NCBI RefSeq assembly: GCF_001194135.2
Contig: NC_069004.1
Span: forward strand, 16,199,427 to 16,263,426
From: Octopus bimaculoides
Lineage: Eukaryota
Length of the DNA stretch: 64,000 bases
Reading direction: 5' to 3'
A program made the translations under genes and the position numbers. Numbering within the stretch: the first letter of the stretch is position 1; every line of letters begins with the position of its first letter. Positions 12,829 to 26,834 of this stretch are shown piece after piece. The notes under the pieces are model-generated. The model was given only the letters and a program-made list of their open reading frames with translations. It searched no databases and was not told the DNA's origin.

Positions 12829-13390
12829 CAGCAAGGTAATAACTTTATAACATGTATTTCATAGTTCCTCTATGGTTATTGGCTACCATATGCTATCATA
12901 CAGCAGGAATAGTCCTTTTACTAGATATACACTTGGAAATTCATTAGTGTACACAAAATTGATACAAAAAATTTATAATACAAGAAAATAGAATGAACAA
13001 GTTTTAATCCAAATATAATTGTTTCTGTGCATCAGTTGTTGATTGCTGAGTTTTCACATATTATACATATTATTATATGAATATTATATAAATATGATAC
13101 AGCAATAGCTGTGTACTTGCACATCATTAGGTGAGTGACTTTGAGAGCACTACTGATAGCTGAGAGCTATTGCTGGATTATATTTATGCAATGATATGTA
13201 TAATATGTGAAAACTCAGCAACTAACAGCTGATGCTAGCACACAGAAACAATTGTTGTGATTTAGAGCTTTTCCTCCTCCATATTTTTAAGAGGTCATGG
13301 GTCCACAGATTTTTGGGATCAGATACGCCATAAAGCTAAACCCTTTATAGACGGGAAACCTAAGGTAATCTCATAAACAGGCCTTCCCCA

Positions 13391-13440
<50 letters not shown>

Positions 13441-14305
13441 TATATATATACANNNNNNNNNNNNNNNNNNNNNNNNNNNNNNNNNNNNNNNNNNNNNNNN
13501 NNNNNNNNNNNNNNNNNNNNNNNNNNNNNNNNNNNNNNNNNNNNNNNNNNNNNNNNNNNNNNNNNNNNNNNNNNNNNNNNNNNNNNNNNNNNNNNNNNNN
13601 NNNNNNNNNNNNNNNNNNNNNNNNNNNNNNNNNNNNNNNNNNNNNNNNNNNNNNNNNNNNNNNNNNNNNNNNNNNNNNNNNNNNNNNNNNNNNNNNNNNN
13701 NNNNNNNNNNNNNNNNNNNNNNNNNNNNNNNNNNNNNNNNNNNNNNNNNNNNNNNNNNNNNNNNNNNNNNNNNNNNNNNNNNNNNNNNNNNNNNNNNNNN
13801 NNNNNNNNNNNNNNNNNNNNNNNNNNNNNNNNNNNNNNNNNNNNNNNNNNNNNNNNNNNNNNNNNNNNNNNNNNNNNNNNNNNNNNNNNNNNNNNNNNNN
13901 NNNNNNNNNNNNNNNNNNNNNNNNNNNNNNNNNNNNNNNNNNNNNNNNNNNNNNNNNNNNNNNNNNNNNNNNNNNNNNNNNNNNNNNNNNNNNNNNNNNN
14001 NNNNNNNNNNNNNNNNNNNNNNNNNNNNNNNNNNNNNNNNNNNNNNNNNNNNNNNNNNNNNNNNNNNNNNNNNNNNNNNNNNNNNNNNNNNNNNNNNNNN
14101 NNNNNNNNNNNNNNNNNNNNNNNNNNNNNNNNNNNNNNNNNNNNNNNNNNNNNNNNNNNNNNNNNNNNNNNNNNNNNNNNNNNNNNNNNNNNNNNNNNNN
14201 NNNNNNNNNNNNNNNNNNNNNNNNNNNNNNNNNNNNNNNNNNNNNNNNNNNNNNNNNNNNNNNNNNNNNNNNNNNNNNNNNNNNNNNNNNNNNNNNNNNN
14301 NNNNN
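12053..14305. other. Assembly gaps (12053-12781, 13453-14305; others at 9753-9822, 10753-10833, 15087-15166, 16520-16529, 30922-31564, 37377-37476)
   Basis: Runs of N, most abutting dinucleotide microsatellites. Confidence 0.98.
13017..13253. mobile_element. Foldback element with ~60-bp inverted arms carrying a degenerate hammerhead-like motif
   Basis: Arms are reverse complements apart from a ~6-bp indel. The right arm reads CTGATGC-tagcacaca-GAAAC-AATT. Confidence 0.7.
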
Positions 14306-14873
14306 GTGTCCAATTTAACTCGATTTCGATTTCACTTGCCTCAACAGGTCTTCACAAGTGGAGTTTAGTGTCCATTGAAGGAAGGTACGTCTAAGTGGAC
14401 TGGCTGAGGCCTTAGATTTAGATCTCACTTGGCTTGCTGGGTTTTCTCACGCACAGCATTTGGCAGAGTTTCTACAGCTGGATGCCCTTCCTAAACGCCA
14501 ACCACTCAGAGAGTGTAGTGGGTGCTTTTACGTGCCATCGGCATGAAGGCCAGTCAAGCGGTACTGGCAACGGCCACGCTCAAAATGGTGTATTTAATGT
14601 GCCACCCACACAAGAGCCAGTCTAGGAGAACTGGCAACGATCTCGCTCGAAAGTCCTTACACATGCCGCGGGCACAAGTGCCAGAAAGGCGACGCTAGGC
14701 ACATATATATGTACATACACAGAATATATCTAAAGACAGTTATAAATGTCTTTACATATATAAATGTTTTCAAAGTTTTGTCAACTGTAGGTAATTTACA
14801 TGTATATACATTTGTGTACTCTAGCATTGTTTCACTACATACTATCCATAATAACCAGTTTACCTGTATGTAT

Positions 14874-14917
<44 letters not shown>

Positions 14918-15201
14918 TTTCTTCTTTATACTTGTTTCAGTCATTTGAAATGCTGAAGCCCTGCCTTTAGTAGAGCAAATCGACCCCAGAACTTATTCTT
15001 TGTAAGCCTAATACTTATTCTATCGGTCGATTTTGCTGAACCGCTAAGTTATGGCGACATAAACACACCACCATTGGTTGTCAAGCNNNNNNNNNNNNNN
15101 NNNNNNNNNNNNNNNNNNNNNNNNNNNNNNNNNNNNNNNNNNNNNNNNNNNNNNNNNNNNNNNNNNCACACACACACATATATATACACATATATATATA
15201 T

Positions 15202-15277
<76 letters not shown>

Positions 15278-15354
15278 GTATATATACATATGTATATATA
15301 TGTGTGTGATGTGTGTATATAGACACAAACATATATATATATATAATGAGTATA

Positions 15355-15570
15355 ATGTGGCAAGCTGGCAGAAACGTTAGCACACCAGGCAAAATGCTTA
15401 GCAATATTTTGTCTGTCTTTATGTTCTGAGTTCATATTCATCCAAGGTCGACTTTGCCTTTCATCCTTTCGGGGTTGATAAATTAAGTACCGGTTGCGTC
15501 CTGGAGTCGATTTAATCGCCTGGCTCCCTCCCCCAAAATTTTGGGCCTTGTGCCTAAAGTAGAAAAGTAT
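15355..15570 (+). mobile_element. SINE family B copy
   Basis: Same core as 11457-11700. Further copies lie near 17020-17225, 33290-33430, 33460-33680, 34670-34880(-), 44620-45020 (two), 53470-53690 and 61860-62010. Confidence 0.8.
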
Positions 15571-16484
15571 ATATAATGTGTATGTACATATATGTGTAAA
15601 CACACAAAATGTGTGTATATTAGCTGCTGTGATGCAAACTTTATTATATTTAACTACTGTGAACTTGCACTAGAGACTCCATGTGTATATCTCCCTCCTC
15701 ACAACCACCTCCCTCTCTCTCTCTCTTTCTTTCTCTCTCTCTCTCTTTCTCTCTCGTTCTCTCCACCCCATCTCCCACCTTATTATTACTCCATTACCAC
15801 CACCACTAACATTGCCAGCAGCACAGGCAAAGTTCTTACTATATTTGCTATTCTGCTTTTCCAAGCTGTAAGTTAGACCTTGGCCTCATTCTAATACTTT
15901 CCTAACAAAGCTGACTCATATTTACACTAATCTCTCCCTTCGTCCCACCACCACCACCACCACCACCACCATTAGCTCTTCCTCCTTCTCCTCATCTATA
16001 TTCTCTCCCTTTCTTTTATGTCTTTAACTGTCAAATCTGAATATCTTTCACTTGCTCTATTTACACTCTCTCACATACATACACAAAAATGTAAGTGAGA
16101 CGTTTGTGTGTGCACTAGTACACATCTGTGTCTGTGTGTGCTTATGTGTATGTATATATATATGTATAAGGTGCATCGTGTGTGGGTGTGTTTCTGAAGC
16201 AAGAAGGGCAGTGCCCTCTTTTTTTTTTAAAATTCTCCTGGACAGAAATTGAAATAACTGGGTGATGTTAGTGCAGTTTGTTTGTATGTGATGGTTCGTC
16301 TCTATCAATGTTGTTCTCTGTTATCTCTCACTATAATTGTCTTTGTATATGGGTGCTTTGTCATGTATATATTTGTAAGTAATATACACTCATATATTTC
16401 TAATGTTTGTTTGCATATTAGATGTACACACACATACTCTCATCCAACCCATGCAAACATGGAAAAGTAGTGATTTAAACTGTG

Positions 16485-16519
<35 letters not shown>

Positions 16520-16529
16520 NNNNNNNNNN

Positions 16530-16566
<37 letters not shown>

Positions 16567-17589
16567 AGAGAGGCATGTAAAAGTAGTGTAGAAGTTTATT
16601 TTTCAATCATGTGAACCTGTGTTTAATCTTGGGCCATGGAGCCAGTCAGATGGACTGTTCATCTAATTGAAAGGGCCAGCTTTGTAACTGATTCTTCCTG
16701 AACATAATTCATTAAAGGTAAACATGCCTAAAATATTCAGGCTTGTAAATGCTAATAGACTGAATAGGTAATTCAGTGGATCAAACATTTTATTAATATC
16801 ATTGAGAATATTTACAAGTCCTGCACTGTTGTGTGTGTGTGTGTGTGCATGCATACCCACTTCACCCATCCATCCACACTTAAGGAGGTGATTGAGGTAT
16901 GGAAGTTGGGCAGGGTGGTAGTGATAGGGAAGTAATATATTTCTTCTGTAAGTTATGACCTAGAGGTAGAGATTTATTGCTACCTACCTTGATTCTGTGT
17001 TTGAATGCTGACAGGAATGGTGATAAAACATAAGGACATAAAGATGGACAAAATGCTTTGTGGCATTTTGTCCATCTTTATGTTCTGAGTTCAAATTCTA
17101 CCAAGGTCGACTTTGCCTTTCATTTTTTGGGGGGGTTGATAAAATAAGTACCAGTGAAGCACTGGGATTGATGTCATCAACTTAACCCCTCCCTTGAAAT
17201 TGCTGGCCTTGTGCCAAAATTTGAAACCAGTTGTATGGCTTTCCAGTAGAGCTTGTATTATCATCACCTGTTTATGTTTGCTTTTCTCTGTTGTTGTATT
17301 ACATTGGCTTTTCTTGATGGGTAGCATTCGCTTTTCTCAATGGCATAGCATCTCACCATATGTTGCACTTATGTGTCATCTCTTATATTCATCTAGTTTC
17401 TTCATATCAGACTTAAACATTTCATCATCAATCTTCTTCAGTCTCCCTCTTCTGCAGTTTCCTGTCACTTACCTTGTTTGACTGGGTTTTTTTTTTTTCA
17501 GCCAGCTATCTTCTTCATACACATCACATTTCCAACTAGTTCAGTCTCTTCTCTTGTATCATTTTTTTGTTGGATATGTAAAAATAAAG

Positions 17590-18455
17590 ATTGCATTGCT
17601 TTCAAAATGTTTCCGGACTTGTTCTGTTGTGCACCAACAGATGGCAGCACATGGTTGCATGAGCAGTTAGAGCCACCAGTGACCTTCATGAGGCAGTGTG
17701 CTGAGTGATATCACTTTGCAAGTTGTGAAATTTGTTTTTGTGATCACACAAATGCTGTAGTCAGCAGTTTTGTCATGGACAGGAGCAAAGAGCCAATGTG
17801 AAATTTTTGTGCTAAACTTGAGAAATCTGCTACAGTGACATTGAGCATGCTTCGGCAAGTATATGGCGATGAGGGAATGGGTTCACACAATGATTCAAGT
17901 GGCATGGACACTTCAAAAGCAGAAGAATGTCTCTAGAAGATGATGAGCAATCTGGAAGACCTGCCATGAGCATCACTCCCAGAAATGTGGTGTTGTGCAT
18001 TGAGAATTCGTCCTACAGGGTCAGACCATCAGTCAAGAGTTCTACTGCTATGTTTTGAAGTGTTTGAGGGAGAACATTCAGTGGAAGCTACTGGATCTGT
18101 GGAGTGCAAAGAATTTGATTCTTCACCAAGCTCACTTCACTTGTGAGTTTCTCGCTGAAAACAACATGTTATCACTTCCGCATCAGCCCTTTTTGCCAGA
18201 TTTAGCACCTGTAGACTTCCATCTCTTCCCCAAGAAGAAAATGCAGTTCAAAGGTCACCCCAGAGGGAATCACAGAAGGTCCTCAACTCACTTAGGGAAA
18301 ATGACTTCCAGGCCAGATTCCAAAAGTGACAGGAATGCTAGGACTGGTGTATTGTTGTGCAAGGTGATTATTTTGAAGGAGATGATGTTAAAACATAAGT
18401 TATTTTTTTTTATTAAACATAACTAGTTCAGGAACCTTTTTTTACTAACTCGTAC
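17590..18455 (+). mobile_element. Mariner transposon relic with internal deletions
   Basis: EQRANVKFCAKLEKSATVTLSMLRQVYGDE, EDDEQSGRP and PDLAPVDFHLFPK motifs; degenerate TIRs near 17593 and 18425-18455; homologous to 55300-56440. Confidence 0.85.
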
Positions 18456-19436
18456 CTTCTTAGCTTAGGAGATAAGAGTAACAGCAAAAGTGGTGAATGG
18501 CACAATCAGGAGAGAATTGGTCAGAACACAGAAGTTGAATTTGCCTTTAGTCTTCTGGCGGTTGGTAAGGTAACCAACAAACAAGGGAGCCTATATCTGG
18601 TAGAAATAGTAGTCAAATCTTCCTTAAGTCAAACCCTTATATATTGGAAACAGGACACATTTGTTGGTGTACTACTAGACATGAGAATATGACAACCATT
18701 GCTTAAGGTACCAGGTGGAGAGATAAACAGTTGCACCAACATTAGCTGGTACTTTCTGTTTTAACATTGAAAAGATGAAAGGTGAAGTGGACCTCAGCAG
18801 TATTGGAACTCAGAGTGCAGAGAACTGGAGCAAATATAATGCATTTTATCGTATTCTCAAACAACTCATCTATTCATCTGCCTTACTACTAGATTTATGA
18901 CTTCTGAAAAAAGATAACATTGCCATGGACAGAACATTTTTGATCAAAAGTCAGCTTAATTGTGATAGACCTGAGTAAAAAACTACAATAATAAATAGGT
19001 GCCATCAGCTACTGAGTCCATTGTTGATGTTTCACCTCTACCTCATCAAAATTGTCACCATGCACAAATGTTAGAAATCATTGTTGCTCTATCACTAAAG
19101 ACTGGGTTTTTGGATTCTTTTCTGTTACATTTCTGGCAATCAGTTCATCAACCAATTGGTCAGTCAAAACTGATAACCTAGGGAATAAATTAATTGTATG
19201 TGTGTGTGTGTGTGTGTGTGTGATCATCATCGCCATTTTACCATCCACTTTTGTATATTTGTATGGGTTGAACAAATTTGTAAGGTAATATTTGTCCATG
19301 GCTAGACATGTTTTCATAGCAGAATGAAATGAAACACATCACTTGCATGATGGTGATACTTAATTACAACTGCCATGTGAGGTCATAACAAGGACACTAT
19401 AATAAATGTATACATACAAGTGTGTCTCTGTGTGTC

Positions 19437-19470
<34 letters not shown>

Positions 19471-19472
<2 letters not shown>

Positions 19473-19690
19473 AGCAGAGATACCCAGCCTTGCTCAGGAT
19501 TAAAATGTCATAGGTTTTTTTATTGTTTTGGGTTTATTTTTAAATTTATTTCTAATACCTATGGTTCAAATTTCATCAAAATCCGAAGCATATGAATTTT
19601 CATGGGGTGGGTGGGGGTGAATTACCTCTACAGTTTGAAGTTTGGAAGTGTGGAAGTTCTAAAGATAATTTATGGACATGACAGGACAGT
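19471..19690 (-). mobile_element. Non-autonomous Helitron-like element (3' end)
   Basis: a|CTAG next to (TA)n, followed by an imperfect hairpin (tacccagccttgctcagg) resembling the 63711 terminus. The 5' limit is uncertain. Confidence 0.5.
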
Positions 19691-19791
19691 TACACAGGGA
19701 AAGGAAAGCTAAAACAACAAATGGGGTGGGAGTGAGTGACAGTCACAGATGCTAAATGCAGGTGACTTTAGTTTATCAGTTTCATGCACAC

Positions 19792-20913
19792 TGTTATGGC
19801 AAGAATCATGACACTCCCTGTGAGAATGGACTAGCCAAACTCGTATAAGTAGCAGCGTGTTTGACTGAGAGGGAGAAAAGAAAAATTGCAGGAAGTTGAA
19901 AGGTGATGTTCATGAATTCATGGAGTCACAGGAAATTGTTGAGGAGTTGTTATAGTTTGTTGAGAGTTGTTTTGGATTGGTTACAGTTGTTAGCAGAGTA
20001 TTTTGGAATACATCAAGTAGAGACAGTTGGTGTCCCCCCCCCCATTCCATGTTATTGTATATCACACTGTTATTAGTGCATGACACTAAGGTGACATATA
20101 CAGGAACCACATTATAAAAGTTGTGATGAGTTGATTCGAGGCTTATATTGGTCATTAACAATTTTTTATGAAACAAAAAATTCACTAATTATGGAAGACC
20201 TATTAGCTGGCATATTACATTTGCAGAAGCAGCAGAAACAGGAGTTAGAGCAACAACTACAACACAAACAGTTGATGTAGTCATAGTTAAAGCACTCAGG
20301 AAACACTGCAAGTTCATTTTCGCCAAGTGGCATAGCGAATGCTATAACAGAATTTAGTTATAACCCAGAAGAGAGTATAACATTTTTGGCATACTTCAGA
20401 AGATGTGATAGAAATCTTCAAGGAAGAATGCAAGTGTTGGATGGACAATGAAAAAGTGAGACTACTGTTATGAAAATTAGCTCCTTCAGAACATGAAAAA
20501 TACTGCAATTTTATCCTGCCTAAAAAAACAAGTGAAATTTGTTTCGAGGAAACAATTGAATTGCTATCCAAAAGGTTCAGAGATAAGGAGTTTCCTGTTT
20601 AATACTCACTGGGGGTGTTTGAAGGAATATTTTGTCAGTTATGCTGGAATCGTAAATAGAATGTGCAAAAAATTTAAAAACTGAAGGAATTATCTCCTGA
20701 CATGTTTAAATACCTCATCTTTGTGCAAGGTTTGGCAGCAAACACAGATGCAAAAATACATGCACAAATTCTTACAAAACTAGAACAGGAAGACCAGAAT
20801 TTAACCCTGCAGGCAGTAGAATAGGAATGTCAAAGAATTATCAACTTGCGACAGGATGTAAAGAAAATTGAAGAAAAAAATTTCTTTCAAGTACAGACAT
20901 GTCAACCTCCAGG

Positions 20914-20915
<2 letters not shown>
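19792..20915 (+). mobile_element. Gypsy LTR retrotransposon relic: putative LTR, PBS and gag-like region
   Basis: TGTTATG start; CpG-decayed PBS-like tgtgatgag at ~20121-20130; degenerate LKELSPDMFKYLIFVQGL..DAKI..ILTKLEQ..NLTLQAV..ECQRII, typical of K02A2.6-like gag. Confidence 0.6.
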
Positions 20916-20963
<48 letters not shown>

Positions 20964-20969
20964 AATTTT

Positions 20970-21575
20970 TATTTTGTACCCCCAAAACTGTGTTCTGTAT
21001 CCGATACTAGGATGTCTGGGACACCGTATCATGCAAAAAGTTCATGAAGGAACCTTATTGTTACCTTCAAGATTGGTTGACTGCATATCTCTGGCCACTT
21101 GGTATAGCTGTCTACTATGATCAAGTAATATGTGCAGTTAACTGATCCAGCAAAATCTATATGTAGCCTGGATCATGGACTGTCTGCCTTTGGCCACAAT
21201 TGGAATTTCACTGGTGGTGACTTTGCTGCAAGAGCACAACCTCTGCAAGGTTTCATCAATTTGTTCAATATCACAGTCCATAGTAGGCCAATGCACGTAA
21301 CTCCTCAGTACTGATTTCATTCTTGAAATCCTTGAATGTCCCATATGAAATTCACTTAATACACACTTTTGTAGTGAGGCTGGCACTACAACTCTTTGTG
21401 CATATATCAATACATTATCACACAGAGAAAAATGGTTCGCATTTGTGTTAGACATATTTTTATTTTCTTTTTCCTTCAACATTTCTTTCATCTTTGCAAT
21501 TAATTTGTCTTTCTCCAATTTTAATTTTATTTCTTGAACAGTTACTGGCAGCTCCCAAATGATGTTACACAAAAT
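20970..21575 (-). mobile_element. Gypsy integrase fragment (zinc-binding region plus start of catalytic core)
   Basis: RVVVPASLQKCVLSEFHMGHSRISRMKSVLRSYVHWPTMDCDIEQ, then IIVDSYTKWPE and LHELFA*YGVPDILVSD. Confidence 0.85.
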
Positions 21576-23360
21576 GTTTTGCTATTTCATTTTCCGCTTG
21601 CAATGCAGCAATCACGGTATCTTTGAATAGTTCTGTATTTTGGGGAATTAGTATCTGGTGAGTGAGGGAGTTTGAAGAGCTGTGGGGCCCTTGAAACCCA
21701 AACTGTTGCAGTAACTGATCCTGTATCTTGATGGGGAAGTTGAAACCTTTGGCACTATGAAGTGGCACCCTATTCTGTTGTGTGTGTAAATTTCAAACTT
21801 TCAATACCAAAGTTTAATACAAGCCCTTCCAAGATTTTCCAGATGTATATCACTGCATATCTTTCCTGCTTTCATTCTAGGGAGTAGAGTCTTAACTTTT
21901 ACAGCCTTCCCCAATAGCTGACACTTTGTGTTGAGATGATTTTCTTTGTGTAGCTTCACTGGATTTCTTTGTGTAGTTCCACTGTAATTTTATACTGTGT
22001 GGTGACCATAGTTGGGAGCAGTAGTCAAAGTGACTGAAGACATATGTCTTCCAGAGGACCATCATAGTTTCCTGCTCTCTCATGCTGAAAGTTCGGAGGA
22101 TCCTTCTGGCTAGCTGTTTGCATTTTATTGTCAAATTTGTAACATGCATCTGGAAAGATGCATCATTACTTATCTCAGTGACCTGATCATGCACTGATTT
22201 TGATTCAGGGTTGCAATCACTTTTGGACCAGTGTATCCTGTCTGCACTCCATTCAACTTTGTGTACTGTATATTATATCCAACTTCTGTTGCAGGTGCAC
22301 AATATTTCCTGGGTTCTGTATCCTCTGAGAGACTTTTGTGTCATTTGCATAGCTAGCAAAGGTGGCTATCTGATCAACTGAGGGCATGTCTGAGAGGGCC
22401 ATTATGAATAGCAGTGATCCTAAGACAGTGTCCAGTGGAATTTCACTCACTATTTGTTTCCTTAGAGGTGGCTCCATTGGCCACCACTACCTGACTTTTA
22501 CCTTTTAGAAAGTCATGTAGCCACTCTCTAAGTTTTCTGACTATTCTGAGATCATGCAGTTTGTGACATATATCATGGTTGACTTTATCAAAGGCTTTTG
22601 CAAAGTTAAGATATATCATGCCTTCATTTGAGTTGTTGAGCAGCTGCTTTAACACTCAGTTGTAGTGCTGTAAGAGCTGTGTCATGCAGCTTCTCCCTGT
22701 TGAAAGCTGTGCTGGGTGTCAATCATCAAGTCATTCTCTTCAAGGAAAGTAATTAGTTTCTTGTGGACTATTCATTCCATGACTTTGCTGATGTGTGAGG
22801 TCAGAGAGATAAGCCTGTAATTTTTAGCATCTGCTCTGCTTCCTCCTTTGTGAATAGCGTATATATTATTCTCTCCTTCAGTTTGCCTGGGAGCTTACCA
22901 CTTGCAGGGAAGCTCTGAAAAAGAAGCTGCAGTTGTTTTGTGAGGACTCGGTTACATGATTTGAGATGGATTGCTGGGAATCCATCAGTGTCAGCAGCTA
23001 AGTTTATGTTAATCTCATCTTTGCCCAGTATTACATCTTCACTAATGTTGATGTAATCAATTATTATGTTGTGGCAAAGAACTCTGCTGGTTTGTTCACT
23101 TGCCTGTATCCCAAGCGGGTAGTGAAAGCACTTTTGAACTATTTGTTCAGTATTTCACTTATCCTCATTGGGTTTTCTATGAGGGAGCTATCCTTTTGGA
23201 AGAGGAGCCCTATATTGTAGCATACTGAGGCTAATTTAGTATTTTCTGTAACCCAGGTCTCCTTGTCTGCTCTTTCTTTTTCATGGGATCATTGTAGATT
23301 TTTCTTAATTTGCAACACTGTTATTTTCAGGTGGGACTTTTCAGTACATTTGAGGTGTAA
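21575..23360 (-). mobile_element. CR1-like LINE relic, copy 2 (RT domain)
   Basis: IYLNFAKAFDKVNH, LGSLLFI, SYANDTKV (YADD equivalent) and HFDYCSQLWSP; multiple stops and frameshifts. Confidence 0.85.
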
Positions 23361-23659
23361 AAACAACTGGTACTGTTATATGTATTACAGATCGCTCACT
23401 AGATGCTCCAAATCATACAGGCGAGTTTGAAGACTGCCTCACAAAGATACCAGTTGTTTTTACACACACACACACACACATTCATAATATGATATGCTTT
23501 CATGCAGTTTCCATCAATCTGATGCTACATTTGAAGACACTTGCTCAATGTGCTGCAGACCAGGATGTAACTTAAAGTCAAGTAGTCCTGAATCCAACTT
23601 CTAAACTGTTTTAGCATCCTTTCCATCATGTTTGCCTCTGTATAAGTTAAATTTACAAG

Positions 23660-23802
23660 ACTTGATTGTTGTGATGAATGGTGTTTTAAAGAAAATGTTA
23701 ATGTATTCGCTAACTTTGCATCAAAGAAATCTTGTTGGAATTCTTGCTCACTTCCACCATTCTTAAAACACCTGTTGCTTCTCAACATTATACTAAATTA
23801 TT
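23660..23802 (+). CDS. Candidate host exon (phase 2-1, LDCCDEWCFKENVNVF...LPPFLKHLLLLNIILNY)
   Basis: 47 open codons in non-repeat sequence; weak acceptor tttacaAG; GTAATC donor. Confidence 0.25.
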
Positions 23803-24297
23803 GTAATCAATCACTGACTTAGCAGCAAGTATTCTTTTGGAGTTTTCTCTGTTTCATAATAGTTCTTTAAATTATGTCTGAATATGGAAATATTGACATA
23901 TTTTAACTATTTTTAAGTATTAGAGCAGCTGGCAACAACTGAGTGACATTGAAAGTTATTTGGTAGCAATAATTATTTGTGTAATAAATTGGATTCTTTT
24001 AAATTGCTTCATCTTTGTTCCTTCATGTTAACTCTTGGAAAGGCTGTTTGTGTTGCTCTGTATCACCAGGCAGTTTTTGGCATGTTATTTGATGAGATGT
24101 GATCCACAAATCCATTGTTATAATAGTATTATATATCCTACAAACTGGAGGATCACACTGCATTTTACTCATTGCTTAGTCTCTTTGTATGCCTAAAAGT
24201 TTGTAATGGTATTTTAGTAGTTTAGGAGATGGTTTTACATATGAATTTCTTACATGTCCAGTTTGTTCATTTTTAACATTTTTGTTTCATTGTATAG

Positions 24298-24353
24298 GTA
24301 GTCTTTGTATGACTGATAATGAGAGAAATCATGCTGTTTTGTCTTCTTTGCAA
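24298..24353 (+). CDS. Candidate host exon (phase 1-0, SLCMTDNERNHAVLSSLQ)
   Basis: Strong pyrimidine tract ending tgtatAG; open frame; weak GTTTTA donor. Confidence 0.3.
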
Positions 24354-24499
24354 GTTTTATTGCTGCTGCTGCTGTTGTTTAGCCCCATGTCAGCTCTCGT
24401 CATGCAGACCCATGATCAAAAGCAAACTAGTGGAAATCTAGTTTCAATTTCTATACAAGACAGTGTACTTCATTAAAATCACTCTAGGGTCAGGTTGTG

Positions 24500-26300
24500 G
24501 TGTTAAACTATCTTCCCAAAGATAGTTTAAGATCTGAAAAGATATATTATTTGGGTGCTTTTAGTATAATTACTCCTGTATTCTGTAAGTCTTCCTTCTC
24601 TGTCACTCTTTTTTTGATCCAATTGCTTATCTTGTGCACTAATAGTTTACGTTGGGTACACCATATAGAACTCCTACCTACTCCTTTTCTGTGTATTGAG
24701 TATAACCATTTTCCAGATAGCACTAGAGTCCTGCCTTTTTTTTTTTTTCTTGCCAACTAAAATTTTTGCTTTTGAAAGTTTTACTTTGATGCCTCTTGAA
24801 TCTAGATTTTGCTTCCATATTTTGATGTTTTCTCTGGATCTTTGCCAGATTCAGCTATTTCCATAGCTGGGTCATTGTTACACACAAATCCCTTGGACAA
24901 CTGATCTAAACTCTTAGAAAACTGTAATAAACAGCATCTATCTGCACTCTTAATTCCTCTCTAAATTTATCAGTTTTTTAATATGCTGACTGCATATCTG
25001 GATATGGCTTGCATATCTTCCACAAACCATTCATCTACACCTAGTTTTGTTAGCGAATTCTGGCACAAACTCAAACTGTATCTCATCTAAATTAATTCTC
25101 ATTTTACTTTCATAATTTGGGCCAGTTTGATGTCCTTATAAAGGATCTTGTGTGCCCTTGTAGCAACTGATGATGATACTGCTATACAATTCATTGTGTA
25201 TGACTCATCCTTCTACTATGTAAATGGCTATGCATAAGTTGGGATAGCATGTCTTTTACTCTGCTAAATATTTTTAGCCTCACTGTAACTGTTCTTGATA
25301 GTCCAGCTACTTTTCCTGTTTTCATTTTCTTAACTGTATGCTTACCCATATGACTGTTAATTTCAATAGCTGGTCCTTCTGTTGGGTCTACTTGGACCTG
25401 GTCCGCTATCTCTAATGTAGTCTTTTTGTTCAACGACCTTTTGTGGTAATATTTCTCTTTTTTTCTAATTGTCGGTGATGGCAAATACATTGTTATCATT
25501 CTATATATCTGTTTTGCCAGTGATTATCTTGATTTGTGCTGATATATTGCTTCACAGTTTGAAACATCTCTGATCTTCTCATTATAAAATATTACATTCA
25601 GCTTTTCTCTGTGTTATATACACCTGATGTCTGACATCTTTCTTAGCAGCCTGGTATTGCTTCATACTTCTCTTCCAATCTTTCTAGGTTTGTCTTGTAG
25701 CCTTTATGGATCTATCTGTTGAACATTCCACCACCAAGTCATCATCTGTCTGTTAGAATCTTGCTCCATCCATACATGTGGTCTGTGGATTGCAGCAAGT
25801 AAAAATTTCTAGTTATTCTCTATAAGTCTCTGTTTCCTCTCATTTCTTGTGATACTTGTCAGTTAATATTTCTTTAACCCTACATCTAGCTGGGGACATT
25901 TAAACCTCTATTCCTTCTCTAGGTTGTCTTATGTCATAAAGTCCTACCTATTACCTTGATATCACTCATCTGTATTGAGTAGCAAATTTTTCACTGGGGA
26001 AAAATATTTACAAGCTGTTATCCTGTTTCCTAATGAAGTATTCCTTTCTTGCATGTTATCATTCATTGATGTTAGATACTCCTATGTGACCACACCACTG
26101 CCATGCACAACACTAACATAGTGTTAGTCCTGTTATTGTTTCTTTCTCATTGTATTTGTTGTAACTTATCATTTTGGAGTGATGTTGTTGGCTGGATACC
26201 TTTCCTGTTACCAGCCAGTTTAAAGCCAGCTTAGAATTAGATGTATTTTATAGTGCTACCAGTACTAGATAGATTGTCTGTCAGCATTAAAATTTCCCCT
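24500..26300 (-). mobile_element. Heavily decayed RTE LINE (EN to post-RT)
   Basis: Fragments KLGVDEWFV and WKQNLDSRGIKVKLSKAK, plus the Cys/His motif homologous to 797-905. Confidence 0.65.
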
Positions 26301-26834
26301 CTACACAGTATCATATTTTATTTAGAGTTACTGCTCTTCTGGATGGGTTGCCTTTTTTGCAACTTGTAGAGACCATATTTCCATTATGCAGAATTACATT
26401 CAGTTACTGCTTTCCTAGTTAGGATGTCTTCTCTGTGGTTGAGGAACCACATCAAGCCAACTTAGAAAAGACTACAGAAGTCTCTTGGATCAGTTTTTCT
26501 ACATGAAATATTCTCTCACTTATCTAGAGCTCAACCTTCTAATATAGTAAGCAACATCTCATTCTGTAATACTTAAAAACTGAATTACTACCCTCTGTAG
26601 TAAATGAATAATGCATTTCAGTCCTTAAACCTAAGACAACATTCCCTATACAGACATTGAATGCTGACCTGATAATAGACTTTGATCCATAATCAACTTT
26701 GGTATACTGACAGTTTGATTGGTTATTTCTATACCATAGGTTTATTGATTAATGTCTTAATTATAATCTTAATTGCTTTCTGCTATTCTCATGGATCTTT
26801 TTTCTTTTCTCATTGATTGTTTACACAACCACAG

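Noticed and set aside
12004-16591. Long ORFs in the track made of X, IY, HT, ER or SL repeats (also near 30838-31654, 37084-37553 and 46012-46298)
   Set aside because: Artefacts of N-gaps and dinucleotide microsatellites.
23525-23788. 87-aa minus-strand ORF
   Set aside because: No recognisable motif. It is the antisense shadow of an open + frame that has splice sites.
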